From the IMG/VR virus record IMGVR_UViG_3300021091_000012: DNA of 64,000 nt; one strand, 5' to 3'. Origin of the DNA: a virus. This document shows positions 8,756-17,890 of this stretch, in pieces. The position numbers and the translations under genes are program-made. The notes under the pieces were generated by a model. That model was not told the origin of the DNA. It saw only the letters and a program-made list of their open reading frames with translations, and did no database searches. Numbering within the stretch: position 1 is the first letter of the stretch; every line of letters begins with the position of its first letter.

Positions 8756-8953
8756 CTACTTATCTTGTTTTGTAATCTGCTCGGTGTATTGATTCTGTAG
8801 TTTGATAATCATGTTGTAAAAAACCTCAACCTGCTCTCCAGTAATGCTTACCGATTTCATGCAATTCAAGATGAACTCCAACTCTTGAGCATTAAGCTCA
8901 TTTGGATTGTGATTAGGAACCTTTGCTCCAACTATTTTATTGACAATACCCAT
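8756..8953 (-). CDS. Small helical protein, paralog of 8514-8753
   Basis: Core LNAQELEFILNCMKSVSITGEQVEVFYNMIIKLQ. Confidence 0.65.
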   Translation of the reverse strand: MGIVNKIVGAKVPNHNPNELNAQELEFILNCMKSVSITGEQVEVFYNMIIKLQNQYTEQITKQDK

Positions 8954-8982
8954 AACCTATATATACAAAATTTTATTCAGAC

Positions 8983-10074
8983 TTACGCTGTATAGACCCA
9001 GAAATTTCCTGCTGCATCCATGTATTGTGATCCAAGTACTGCAAACTCTCCAGTAACTGGTTTAATAGCACCGTGAGAAGCTTCAGTAAATAAATATGGA
9101 ACAAATGAACCACTAACACCAGATGCTGATGTTGGATCAAATGTATTAGTTGTATCTGTCAGACCTGATTGGAATCCCCAACGATCGGTTATTGAGTCAA
9201 ATCCATATCCAATGTTTCCAGCAGCATCTGAACCTCTATCAATCATGATACCACCATCTCCTGCTGTTGCAGATCCAGATGCTAATACGATAAACTTATC
9301 TTCTACATAAAGGTCTTGAACATTGAGATAGGTTAGAGTACCGTTTACTGTGAAGTCACCTTGTACAATACCGTTACCTGCAATTGTAGTTGTACCAGAA
9401 GCATTACCTATGTTTACTGTAGTACCTGCACCTGCAATGTTAACTGTGGTTGCATTGGTGTTGAATAGTGTAGCAGTACCAGTAGATGTAGTTGTTATGT
9501 CAGCACCGTTTACAGCTAAATCACTAGTTAATGTTAATCCTACAAATGTAGGTGAATCAGATGTTTGTAATCCTAAGTCAACAGCCGAAGCAGCAACTCC
9601 GTTTGTAGTCAGTGTTACTTCGCCTTGTGCGCTTGATGCAATAGATGAACCAGAAACAATATTTGTTCCTGCAAAGTTAATTTTTGATGCTGCTATTGCT
9701 GCGGAATTATCAATATCTGCATCGACAATAACTCCGGAACCAATGGCAGCTACTCCAGCATTACTAATTGTAATATCTCCTGACACACCCGCATAAGCTG
9801 ATGCTGTGACTTGTCCTACTGTTACATACTTGTTTGAACCATCATTGGCAAATAGCTGTGTTGTAGATGTTAACGGTGTTAGTTGGGTTGTAGGAAACAC
9901 AGCCGTTGCTGTTACACCCGTTAAATTTGCTCCGTTTCCAGTAAAAGATCCAGTAAAAGATCCGGTTAAAAATGTAGTAGCTTGTGTTGGCGTTATTTGC
10001 TGATTTGCTTCTACATTCAACTGACTCACTTCAATCGCTGAGCCGGATACGAGTACCTTTTTCCAAGTTGGCAT
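8983..10074 (-). CDS. Virion fibre-like structural protein
   Basis: MPTWKKVLVSGS N-terminus shared with 7181-8413; beta-rich GDFTVNGT...VEDKFIVLASGS segment. Confidence 0.65.
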   Translation of the reverse strand: MPTWKKVLVSGSAIEVSQLNVEANQQITPTQATTFLTGSFTGSFTGNGANLTGVTATAVFPTTQLTPLTSTTQLFANDGSNKYVTVGQVTASAYAGVSGDITISNAGVAAIGSGVIVDADIDNSAAIAASKINFAGTNIVSGSSIASSAQGEVTLTTNGVAASAVDLGLQTSDSPTFVGLTLTSDLAVNGADITTTSTGTATLFNTNATTVNIAGAGTTVNIGNASGTTTIAGNGIVQGDFTVNGTLTYLNVQDLYVEDKFIVLASGSATAGDGGIMIDRGSDAAGNIGYGFDSITDRWGFQSGLTDTTNTFDPTSASGVSGSFVPYLFTEASHGAIKPVTGEFAVLGSQYMDAAGNFWVYTA

Positions 10075-10135
10075 GTTATATTATTTTTGTGTGTTGTGTA
10101 TAATTAGGCTTTGCATATAAATAGTCTGTGGATAT

Positions 10136-10447
10136 CTAATCCAATCCAATAAACAAGTTGTTTGCTGTAAAAATTACTCCTCCATTTGGAGCTGTGCCCG
10201 TTGGATTTGCGCTCTGCGTCGCTAATACTAGCACTCCACTTTGAGATACAGTCAATATTGGTTGATTGTTAAAATTCTTAATTATGAATATGTCGTTGAT
10301 ATTGCTCTTTATCTCCAAAGAGCCAGTAATTATTGCACTACCTGAGAACGGAAAAGCACCTCCTCCATTGAGCGCAAAAGATGCCGTTAATGCATAACTT
10401 GCTGTTGCAACTGAGCCTGATACTTGATTCCCTCTTATTAATGCCAT
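10136..10447 (-). CDS. Small TGS/TAS-rich structural protein
   Basis: 103 aa, immediately downstream of the gp15-like gene. Confidence 0.55.
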   Translation of the reverse strand: MALIRGNQVSGSVATASYALTASFALNGGGAFPFSGSAIITGSLEIKSNINDIFIIKNFNNQPILTVSQSGVLVLATQSANPTGTAPNGGVIFTANNLFIGLD

Positions 10448-10448
10448 G

Positions 10449-11636
10449 TTATGCGAATTTACCTACAGCTACTACTTCATCGGCTGCTATTAAGTTAAAT
10501 CCTAATTCACTTATATCTAAAACCAAAGTACACGTTCCATTTCCGTTATCAACAAAGCTAGTAATGGCATTTGGTTCAACGTGTTGCCCATTTACAAAGA
10601 ACATAAAGTTTGAAACACTTGTTGGTAATATTCCAGTTGGTGCTTGTAGGAATGATGCGGTAAACAGTGCAGTATCCGGTACCGATACGGTTGTAGCTAA
10701 TTTAGCTATATTTGTATTTAAGTATGCTGTAAGTGTAGCGCTCACTAGATTTCCTGGATTTGGTGTTTGTGTAATAGTAGGTTGTGAAATTGTTGTAGGT
10801 ATTCCAGTTGTTAGTGTATCAATTGTTGCTCCATCTACATCTACTGTTGCATCAATAGTAATTTGTCTTGAGTCGAATGCTTTGGAAGATTGTTTTTTGC
10901 TTAGGTTTTTAGCTAGTGTGTCTGGAATAATATATCCAAACATTGTAATTGTAAAAGCCGTTCTTACTACCCGATCTTGATCTTGTAGTAAGTCTGTTGT
11001 GTTTGTAAAGCTATCAATCTTAGTCCTAAACTTAAACCTTTCTGGATCACCCCAAAAAGAACCTTCTGTATATATGACCGGTTCCACTAAGTTATTCATT
11101 TGATCCTCAAACTCTGTCCAAATAATAACATCATACGTAACATCTACAAATTCTGGTATTACTGTTGTTACAAAGCTTTTGATTGGTTTTGAGTTTGTTA
11201 ATACACTAAACTGATCGTATTTGTTTTGCTTGCCATACTTAATCTCCTCCGTAAAATAGAGTTGTGGAAAATTTGCATCTACTTTAGAGCCTAAAGTTTT
11301 ATTTTTAGTTACACTAGTCCTTCTAAATGATATTAGTGGTGTTTGTATTTTTCCATTCTTATCTCTAAAGTAACCATCAGCTTGCATGTTTTTCCACTTT
11401 TCTGGAGCGCCGTGCATGACTGGAACTGGAACTTGTTTTCCGAATTCAGTAACTTGTGGTCTAATTACGTTATCAAAATACCATTTAATACAATAATCTA
11501 GATCAAACAAACCAATGCGCAATTCTTTAAGAGTGTCATCATCTCTTCTCACATCATTTGCTCTAGTGAATCGAGTATCTTCAACTCCCTTTGAAAGCTC
11601 GTATTGTGATTTTGGTAAGTTTTTCTTTGTATACAT
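10449..11636 (-). CDS. gp15: Tail terminator / sheath stabiliser (T4 gp15-like) with a C-terminal beta-rich extension
   Basis: VPVMHGAPEKW, PLISFRR, PEFVDVTYDVIIWT, DQMNNLVE; follows the gp13/gp14 genes. Confidence 0.7.
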   Translation of the reverse strand: MYTKKNLPKSQYELSKGVEDTRFTRANDVRRDDDTLKELRIGLFDLDYCIKWYFDNVIRPQVTEFGKQVPVPVMHGAPEKWKNMQADGYFRDKNGKIQTPLISFRRTSVTKNKTLGSKVDANFPQLYFTEEIKYGKQNKYDQFSVLTNSKPIKSFVTTVIPEFVDVTYDVIIWTEFEDQMNNLVEPVIYTEGSFWGDPERFKFRTKIDSFTNTTDLLQDQDRVVRTAFTITMFGYIIPDTLAKNLSKKQSSKAFDSRQITIDATVDVDGATIDTLTTGIPTTISQPTITQTPNPGNLVSATLTAYLNTNIAKLATTVSVPDTALFTASFLQAPTGILPTSVSNFMFFVNGQHVEPNAITSFVDNGNGTCTLVLDISELGFNLIAADEVVAVGKFA

Positions 11637-12145
11637 TATCTAAACTTTACTATTTGTAGTCTTGTTACCCGCGTCAAGTGAGTACTACACTCTAATGACA
11701 TATTGCGACCAAACTCAACTCCAACACTCTTTCCGTAATCCCTATCCTTCCCTGCAAAAAACTGTATCTGATTGACATTGTCTACTTCGTAAAAGTTGCC
11801 TCGGTCTTCAATAATATCGCCTATCACTGGCGATAATCCTATTTCTTCCAATTTTGGTCGTAAGAATCTAAAAAGATAAGCAGAAGTAACATCGATGCCA
11901 AACTGGTCATCTTGTTGTGCTTGAAATCCTTGAGTTCTATCTACTAGGCAAGTTACTCTAACTGGTTTGTGATACGCTTTTTGAGATGACCCTTCTCCAT
12001 ATAACTTTGTAGCGGCGTCAGTGCTACTTACGTCTGGAATATATAGCTTATAGTAATCCACTTCCTGCTGAATTACGTTGTCTAGTAATTCATTGTTCAC
12101 CTTTAAGATGAAGCTAATGTCTCTGCTGCTACCAAAAAGTGCCAT
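11636..12145 (-). CDS. gp14: Neck / head-closure protein (T4 gp14-like)
   Basis: LYGE, FGID, PVIGDII and FYEVD motifs; gene order 13-14-15. Confidence 0.7.
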   Translation of the reverse strand: MALFGSSRDISFILKVNNELLDNVIQQEVDYYKLYIPDVSSTDAATKLYGEGSSQKAYHKPVRVTCLVDRTQGFQAQQDDQFGIDVTSAYLFRFLRPKLEEIGLSPVIGDIIEDRGNFYEVDNVNQIQFFAGKDRDYGKSVGVEFGRNMSLECSTHLTRVTRLQIVKFR

Positions 12146-13290
12146 TACTTTATGTATATTTGTAGAGGTACTTTGGCTAATTGCTGCTGAATTGAAGTAG
12201 CAATTAGTGCCTCATTCTCTAGTTGTGTTTTTCTACCCATAGTCAACAGTAACGTGTTAAGCTCTGTGATAAGTGTTGCTTTATCCTCTCTTCCCTGAGC
12301 TATTAGATCTGTACCATTGAGGGTAAGTTCAGATCCTGGAATAGGTACTGTACTATACTTTCCGCGAATCAATCCTAGCATCTCTTTTGTGACTGCTAAA
12401 GTGTACTTGTATATCCACTGAACTCCTATATCTTTAATTGTATTATATTGATTTCTGTTGAAAGGAATGCTACTTAAATCTGTAATCAAACTACCGCTTG
12501 CGTTTCCTTTTAGTGGGTTGATTCTATCAGCTTCAACAATATACTCAAACCACAACTTTGTAGTATAAGTTGGGATAGGGAATATTCGTAGTTGATTATT
12601 TCGTAGTTCAAAACTATAATTTGACTTACGAATCTTATCATTCATTTCAATAGCTTGTATTCTAAGTAAGTCAGCATACAGTGGCATTACTAAAAAAGAA
12701 ACAGCTGGTGAGTATGATCCCCAACCAAAGCTGTCTAGTAGCTGCTGTGTACCTGCTCCAGTACCTACGTATGGGTCAAAATACCGTACAATGGCTGGTG
12801 AGAAATCGTGGTAAACTCTTTTTACTTCAATCTTGCTTCCGGATTCATTGACGTCAGCCCATAGTGTATCTAAGTCATATAGGGTTTGGCCTGCTACAAG
12901 ATCAACATATCCCTTTTTCCAGTTTACAGTTCCACCACTTCCTGCTTCAGTACCGTACTCTTTAGCAAGCTGGATTGTTCTATTTAGGCTTGGTGCTATT
13001 ACTTTTCCGTTTAAGTCTGTTATATTAGAAGCTCCAATTAACGTATGCATATAATCTGCTGCGTTATTCATGTTTACTTGAGTAGAAAACTCAGTTACTG
13101 CTTCCTCAAAAGCTGCATAGAAGTTTACATCTTGCAATTCAACTTCTAATATAGGATATCCTAATCGCTTTGCACACCAATCTGCTACACGATCAGCATC
13201 CGACTGAAACCTCAAATCCAAGTCGTAATATCCAAAGGGTGTATTGCCTGGAGCAAAGGAACTGGATCCTGGCCAAATTGCTATGTTCAT
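12145..13290 (-). CDS. gp13: Neck protein (T4 gp13-like)
   Basis: KRLGYPILEVEL, WIYKYTLAVTKEMLGLIRGKY, IPGSELTLNG. Confidence 0.8.
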   Translation of the reverse strand: MNIAIWPGSSSFAPGNTPFGYYDLDLRFQSDADRVADWCAKRLGYPILEVELQDVNFYAAFEEAVTEFSTQVNMNNAADYMHTLIGASNITDLNGKVIAPSLNRTIQLAKEYGTEAGSGGTVNWKKGYVDLVAGQTLYDLDTLWADVNESGSKIEVKRVYHDFSPAIVRYFDPYVGTGAGTQQLLDSFGWGSYSPAVSFLVMPLYADLLRIQAIEMNDKIRKSNYSFELRNNQLRIFPIPTYTTKLWFEYIVEADRINPLKGNASGSLITDLSSIPFNRNQYNTIKDIGVQWIYKYTLAVTKEMLGLIRGKYSTVPIPGSELTLNGTDLIAQGREDKATLITELNTLLLTMGRKTQLENEALIATSIQQQLAKVPLQIYIK

Positions 13291-13324
13291 AGTGATAAGT
13301 TTCTAATAAATATCGTAAAAACGC

Positions 13325-13349
13325 AAAAAGACTCCAATGGAGCCTTTTC
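13325..13349 (-). terminator. Intrinsic terminator
   Basis: Minus strand AAAAGGCTCC-ATT-GGAGTCTTTTT, followed by the promoter variant at 13305-13312. Confidence 0.7.
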
Positions 13350-13369
13350 AATGCTAGTCAAAATAACTC

Positions 13370-13684
13370 TTAGGTTAAATTAATTAATTTCCAAGTTGAA
13401 GACTTGCCGAAATACAAATCGCCACTAGAAGATAATATTAAAGCACCGTTTACTGTTGTAGGTAGTGGGTGATAGCTTTGGAGAAAGGTAAATGAACCAG
13501 TCGTTACGGAAGAGGTTACTGCAATGGATGCGTACGATGCTGTACCAGTTAAGCTTCCAACAAATCCTTGAGAAGCTGTTAGGGAGCCAGTTACTGCATG
13601 AGATCCAGTAAAGTGTCGGAAATTATTATCTATCTCTGTTGTATCAAGAGGACGAGTTAAATCTGCTCTATAAGTTATTGCCAT
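13370..13684 (-). CDS. Small fibre / decoration protein
   Basis: N-terminal PLDTTEIDNNF (LxxxExDxNF-type anchor) followed by seven [ST][GAS]S motifs. Confidence 0.55.
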   Translation of the reverse strand: MAITYRADLTRPLDTTEIDNNFRHFTGSHAVTGSLTASQGFVGSLTGTASYASIAVTSSVTTGSFTFLQSYHPLPTTVNGALILSSSGDLYFGKSSTWKLINLT

Positions 13685-13713
13685 TTTGTAGTTTTTAAAT
13701 AAATATCAAGTAA

Positions 13714-14211
13714 TTAAGTTGATGCGACAAAGTATTCTAATTGCACGGCTGCTGTTGTAGCTCTTGCTTTTATTACGTCTGCTTGTTCAAGATATCCATA
13801 ATACATTTCATCCCAAATTCCAGGTAAGACATAATCAGCTGGCTGACTAGCTCCTAGATTGGCATTGTTAAACATTAGTGATTTTCCTGCTTCTAACGTA
13901 AATATTACAAACTCACCCTCTGTTTGATCTTCATTAACAATTGATATGTTTACTGAATTAGTAGTATCAAGGTTGGTTATTCTTACATATTTAACATTAC
14001 TCTTAACAAAAGAGCCAGCCGTTTGTTGCGCTTCACTGTCTGTAAATCGTAAAATTTCAATACCAGATCCACTAGGTGTAGTAGCAATAGTGTCAACTCT
14101 ACGTAGAGTTTGTGTAATACCTGATATGGTCTTGGTATTTTGAAGAGTCTCCTTGTTTCCATTTGGAAGTGTAATTGACTCTTGTATTGTAATAAGTAAA
14201 TCGCTTGCCAC
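13714..14211 (-). CDS. Hypothetical beta-rich virion protein
   Basis: GTG start with TATTTATA 12 nt upstream; VKYVRITNLD segment. Confidence 0.6.
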   Translation of the reverse strand: MASDLLITIQESITLPNGNKETLQNTKTISGITQTLRRVDTIATTPSGSGIEILRFTDSEAQQTAGSFVKSNVKYVRITNLDTTNSVNISIVNEDQTEGEFVIFTLEAGKSLMFNNANLGASQPADYVLPGIWDEMYYGYLEQADVIKARATTAAVQLEYFVAST

Positions 14212-14245
14212 TACGTATTTTGTTATAAATAGTAGCGTAGTTTGA

Positions 14246-14941
14246 TTAATCCCTATAGTCAGTATAAACTGATAGAATTTTCTCTACAATTTCGTGTCTG
14301 TGATTAGTTCTAAGCGATATGATTCGCACTCCCGGTACTTGCTCTTCCAGTCTTACAAAGAAACTAATTCCAGAATCTTTCTTTGATTTTAAATCAATCT
14401 GAGCTAAGTCACCACAGAATACCATCTTGCCTCCTTTGCCTAGACGACCTAACATCATCTCAGTCTGAGTATGTGTAATGTTTTGACACTCATCAACTAA
14501 TACCATTGTGTTTGGAAACGTACGACCTCGCATAAATGCAAATGGAACAATCTCAATGTAATTTTCAGATACCATTTTATCAATGGCTTCTTTGTTGTAC
14601 AGCATATAAAGATTAGCGTATATTGGAGCTAACCATGGATCCATTTTTTCCTTCATGTCGCCTGGTAAAAAGCCAATATCCTCTTTTGCTACAGTAGGTC
14701 TTGTTATAACTATTTTTTCAATTTCTCGCTTGAAAAACATATCTAGTGCTATTTGACAAGCTACTAATGTTTTACCGCTTCCAGCCATTCCTTTAAGTAG
14801 AACTATTGAATTATCGTAGATAACAGCTTTGGCTGCTTTTTGCTCTTCGTTTAACTCTATCTTAAATTTGATTTGGCCTTTTGGTTTTCTTTTTTCAAGA
14901 TTACTCAACTTTCGTGCCTGCGGTTGCTTATGATCTTCCAT
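14246..14941 (-). CDS. phoH: PhoH-family ATPase
   Basis: GMAGSGKT Walker A, ITRP, GFLPG, FMRGRT, VDECQN, GDLAQID, HRH. Confidence 0.95.
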   Translation of the reverse strand: MEDHKQPQARKLSNLEKRKPKGQIKFKIELNEEQKAAKAVIYDNSIVLLKGMAGSGKTLVACQIALDMFFKREIEKIVITRPTVAKEDIGFLPGDMKEKMDPWLAPIYANLYMLYNKEAIDKMVSENYIEIVPFAFMRGRTFPNTMVLVDECQNITHTQTEMMLGRLGKGGKMVFCGDLAQIDLKSKKDSGISFFVRLEEQVPGVRIISLRTNHRHEIVEKILSVYTDYRD

Positions 14942-14982
14942 GAACCAGTAACTTTTGTTTTATATAAATAGCTTTGCAAAAC

Positions 14983-15010
14983 AAAAAACCCCTCACTAGG
15001 AGGGGTTCTC
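14983..15010 (-). terminator. Intrinsic terminator after the major capsid gene
   Basis: Minus strand AACCCCTC-CTAGT-GAGGGGTT followed by TTTT. Confidence 0.8.
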
Positions 15011-15028
15011 AGTTAGGTTTGTATTTGA

Positions 15029-16636
15029 TTAAACAAGACCCAAATTAGCTACGTATACTTTTCCGTAGAACTCAGGACGAGTAACAACTTTCGCATAGCG
15101 AGTCATTACACCACGTCTTGGAATGAAGTTCTTAGGATCGTACACAAGTGGAGTCAACATTAATGGAATGTATGGAGCATAAACAGCACCAGTTTCCAAG
15201 AATTGGCCACCTCTGAATCCCATCAAGATGGTGTTTTCTTGCATATAAGGGTTTTTGTACACTTCATAACGGCTAGTCAAAGCACCTACTTTTTGTACGC
15301 CCATTGCATACTTGGACTTAGTTCCGTCTCCATCTGCTGCATATCCTGGGATTGATTCGAGGATTGTAGAAACGTCTGGAGAACACACTAGGAAGTTTGC
15401 ACCACCACGAAGAGTTTTAGCGTGGATCTGGTTAGATACTTTTTGTAGTTTAGTACCTAAAGTTGCAAACCAAGTACCTTGGATATAAGCTTGACCAGTA
15501 AATTGAGATGTAGTGAATGAAGAACCTTCATACGCTTCACCTACTTTAGCTGACCAGTACTCAGTTGTAGCTGCTGCAGAGATAAGCATGTCTAGGATCT
15601 CTAAATCGATTTCCATTGATACATATTCTGACAACATAGCTGTCAATTCTCCTTCAGCATCTACTGAGTGGTATGCGTTAAGGTCTTGAGCAAACTCAGG
15701 TGTCCAGCTTGCTTTCAACTTACGAGTCTTAGCAGTTACTGGAATTGAACGCATTTGCAATTCAATTTCTGGAATATTCAAGTCTGTGTCTAATGAACGG
15801 TTGTTAGCATCTACTCCAGTTGATTCGAAGTCATTTCTGTTATTGTTTGTAGGTTGGATAGAGAACGATACTGCAGCTGTGCCGATACTTGGTCCGGCAG
15901 TCAATGCAGATGCGTTTACTACAAATACAAGGTTGTTTCCACTTTTACGTGTAAATGCAGGATAGAAGTCAGTAACTGCTAACGTAGTTGATCCAGATAC
16001 TGGAACAAAGGAACGTACTGCATACTCATCAGCTGTTGTGTTAGATGTAAAGAAGTTTGTATAGCTAAGGGTTCTGTAGCTAGACAATGATGCTGTAAAG
16101 TCACCATCAAAGTTCACGTCAGTGTCACCAACTGATCCAGTTGTTGCTGCGTTTGATGCTACTACAGTATTTACTGAGTAACCAAAACGACCAGCACCAT
16201 AAAGACCGTCTGTAGGATCTCCAGCTGCATTAGTAACACCTTGAAGAGTACCAGTTTGGTTTTGTCCAGTTGGAGCAAATCCAAAAGGCTTCTTATTGTT
16301 ACCATATTTAAAGTCTAAGTAGAATACTAGACCAGAAGGCAAGTTCATTGGCTGTACAGAAACGAATTCTTTAGCAGCGATTTCAGCGAATACTCTTCGT
16401 ACTAACGGAAGAGCTACACCAGTCCACTGCTCGAATCCTGATCCACCTATACCTGCAGTTGTTCCAGATCCTTCTTTTACTAATTGACGAGCTTGGTTTT
16501 CAAGGAGTACAGCCACAGCTGACTTCTCATTTTTACCTTTCAAGCCCTCAAGTAATCCCGTACGAGACCACTTAGAGATAAGAGGTTTTGTTGCTTCACC
16601 TCTGTTCTCGTTATGAATGTTTTCAAACAAGTTCAT
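15029..16636 (-). CDS. gp23: Major capsid protein (T4 gp23-like)
   Basis: LLENQ, VSVQPMNLPSGLVF, AKTRKLKASWTPEFAQDLNAYH, YAPYIPL, GVMTRY. Confidence 0.97.
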   Translation of the reverse strand: MNLFENIHNENRGEATKPLISKWSRTGLLEGLKGKNEKSAVAVLLENQARQLVKEGSGTTAGIGGSGFEQWTGVALPLVRRVFAEIAAKEFVSVQPMNLPSGLVFYLDFKYGNNKKPFGFAPTGQNQTGTLQGVTNAAGDPTDGLYGAGRFGYSVNTVVASNAATTGSVGDTDVNFDGDFTASLSSYRTLSYTNFFTSNTTADEYAVRSFVPVSGSTTLAVTDFYPAFTRKSGNNLVFVVNASALTAGPSIGTAAVSFSIQPTNNNRNDFESTGVDANNRSLDTDLNIPEIELQMRSIPVTAKTRKLKASWTPEFAQDLNAYHSVDAEGELTAMLSEYVSMEIDLEILDMLISAAATTEYWSAKVGEAYEGSSFTTSQFTGQAYIQGTWFATLGTKLQKVSNQIHAKTLRGGANFLVCSPDVSTILESIPGYAADGDGTKSKYAMGVQKVGALTSRYEVYKNPYMQENTILMGFRGGQFLETGAVYAPYIPLMLTPLVYDPKNFIPRRGVMTRYAKVVTRPEFYGKVYVANLGLV

Positions 16637-16656
16637 TTTTTTGCTTTTTAGATTAA

Positions 16657-17739
16657 TTATTTATTAAAGTTTACTAACGTTTTGAAACGATCGTAGATTT
16701 TGTTTTCTTGAAGAATTTTAGTAGGCTTTTGAGCTTTAGATGCAAAACCTTCTACCATTTTCTTTTTAGAAACTGGAGTAGATTTCATAGCCTTTTTAGC
16801 TACCGATTCAGCAAGTGTAGTGTATATCAATTTAGCTTCACGTACATTTTTAGCACGATCAAAAGTTTCAATGATTTTCACTTTTTGACCTTCAGTAAGA
16901 CCTTCACGCTTGATTAATTTATTTACATAAAGTAATTTAGCATTTAATAGGTTTACTTCGTTCAATTTACTACGTAAGAATCTGATTACTTTATAAGCTT
17001 CTTCCAATTCTTCCTCAGCTTTTTCAGCTCTTTCTGAATCTTCACTACCTTCTTCATCTTCTTCACGCAATGCACGGATGATTTCTTCTAGGTCAACTTC
17101 CTCGTCTTCGCCTTCCTCATCATCTTCCATCATCTTCATTTTCTTTTTCTTACCTTCAGATTTAGGGGCTTCGTCGTCATCGTCGTCGTCTTCGTCGTCT
17201 TCCTCTTCCATCATCTTCATTTTCTTTTTCTTACCTTCAGATTTAGGGGCTTCTTCATACTCTTCGTCCTCACCTTCTTCAAGTGATTCTTCTTCGTCTG
17301 AACCTTCTTCCTCTTCACCCTCAAGTTCGCGGATCAACTCTTCTAACTCTTCGTCAGAAATGTCACCCTCTTCTTCAGCAGGCGCTTCTTCTTCAGCAGG
17401 TGCTTCTTCTTCAGCAGGTGCTTCTTCTTCGTCACCTTCTTCAGCTAGAGCCTCTGGATCTTCACCAGCATCGTTTGATGCACCTTCACCTTCCTCATCT
17501 CCAAAGATATCATCTTCTTCATAGATTCCAGCGTTTGAGCGCATTCTTGATTCCATAGCTGCTTCATCTTCTGCAGGTGCTTCTTCTTCGTCACCTTCCA
17601 TCTCTTCTTTAATTTTGTGAGATAGCATGGATTGTAGTTTGGGAGCAAATGCTTCTTCAAGTGCAGCTTTTGCGTTTGCTAATGCAGTCTCACGAACAGC
17701 TTTAGCATCTGCGATTGCGTCTTTTAACAATTTGTTCAT
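16657..17739 (-). CDS. Prohead core / scaffolding protein (gp22-like position)
   Basis: Very acidic low-complexity centre with helical ends and many [LIM]-x-E sites; directly upstream of the capsid gene. Confidence 0.75.
   Translation of the reverse strand: MNKLLKDAIADAKAVRETALANAKAALEEAFAPKLQSMLSHKIKEEMEGDEEEAPAEDEAAMESRMRSNAGIYEEDDIFGDEEGEGASNDAGEDPEALAEEGDEEEAPAEEEAPAEEEAPAEEEGDISDEELEELIRELEGEEEEGSDEEESLEEGEDEEYEEAPKSEGKKKKMKMMEEEDDEDDDDDDEAPKSEGKKKKMKMMEDDEEGEDEEVDLEEIIRALREEDEEGSEDSERAEKAEEELEEAYKVIRFLRSKLNEVNLLNAKLLYVNKLIKREGLTEGQKVKIIETFDRAKNVREAKLIYTTLAESVAKKAMKSTPVSKKKMVEGFASKAQKPTKILQENKIYDRFKTLVNFNK
17123..17253 (-). repeat. Exact 50-bp direct repeat (81-bp period) encoding EAPKSEGKKKKMKMME
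   Basis: 17123-17172 is identical to 17204-17253. Further 18-bp EEEAPA repeats lie at about 17371-17430. Confidence 0.9.
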
Positions 17740-17754
17740 TTTGCTTTTTTGTTT

Positions 17755-17820
17755 GTCCTGAGGCTATTGGAAGCCAGCAATATAGATCATAAGATTAGGA
17801 CACTATAATACGGATAGTGT
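17755..17820 (-). promoter_or_regulatory. Candidate structured leader of the scaffold-capsid operon
   Basis: ACACTAT/ATAGTGT hairpin, then GTCCT/AGGAC enclosing TATTG/CAATA and GGCT/AGCC. Promoter variant TACTTATT at 17828-17835. Confidence 0.45.
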
Positions 17821-17890
17821 ATTTGCAAATAAGTATTACGTAAAAAAAGAAAAACCCATTTTTAGGTAGATTTTCTCAAAAAAAAGATGT

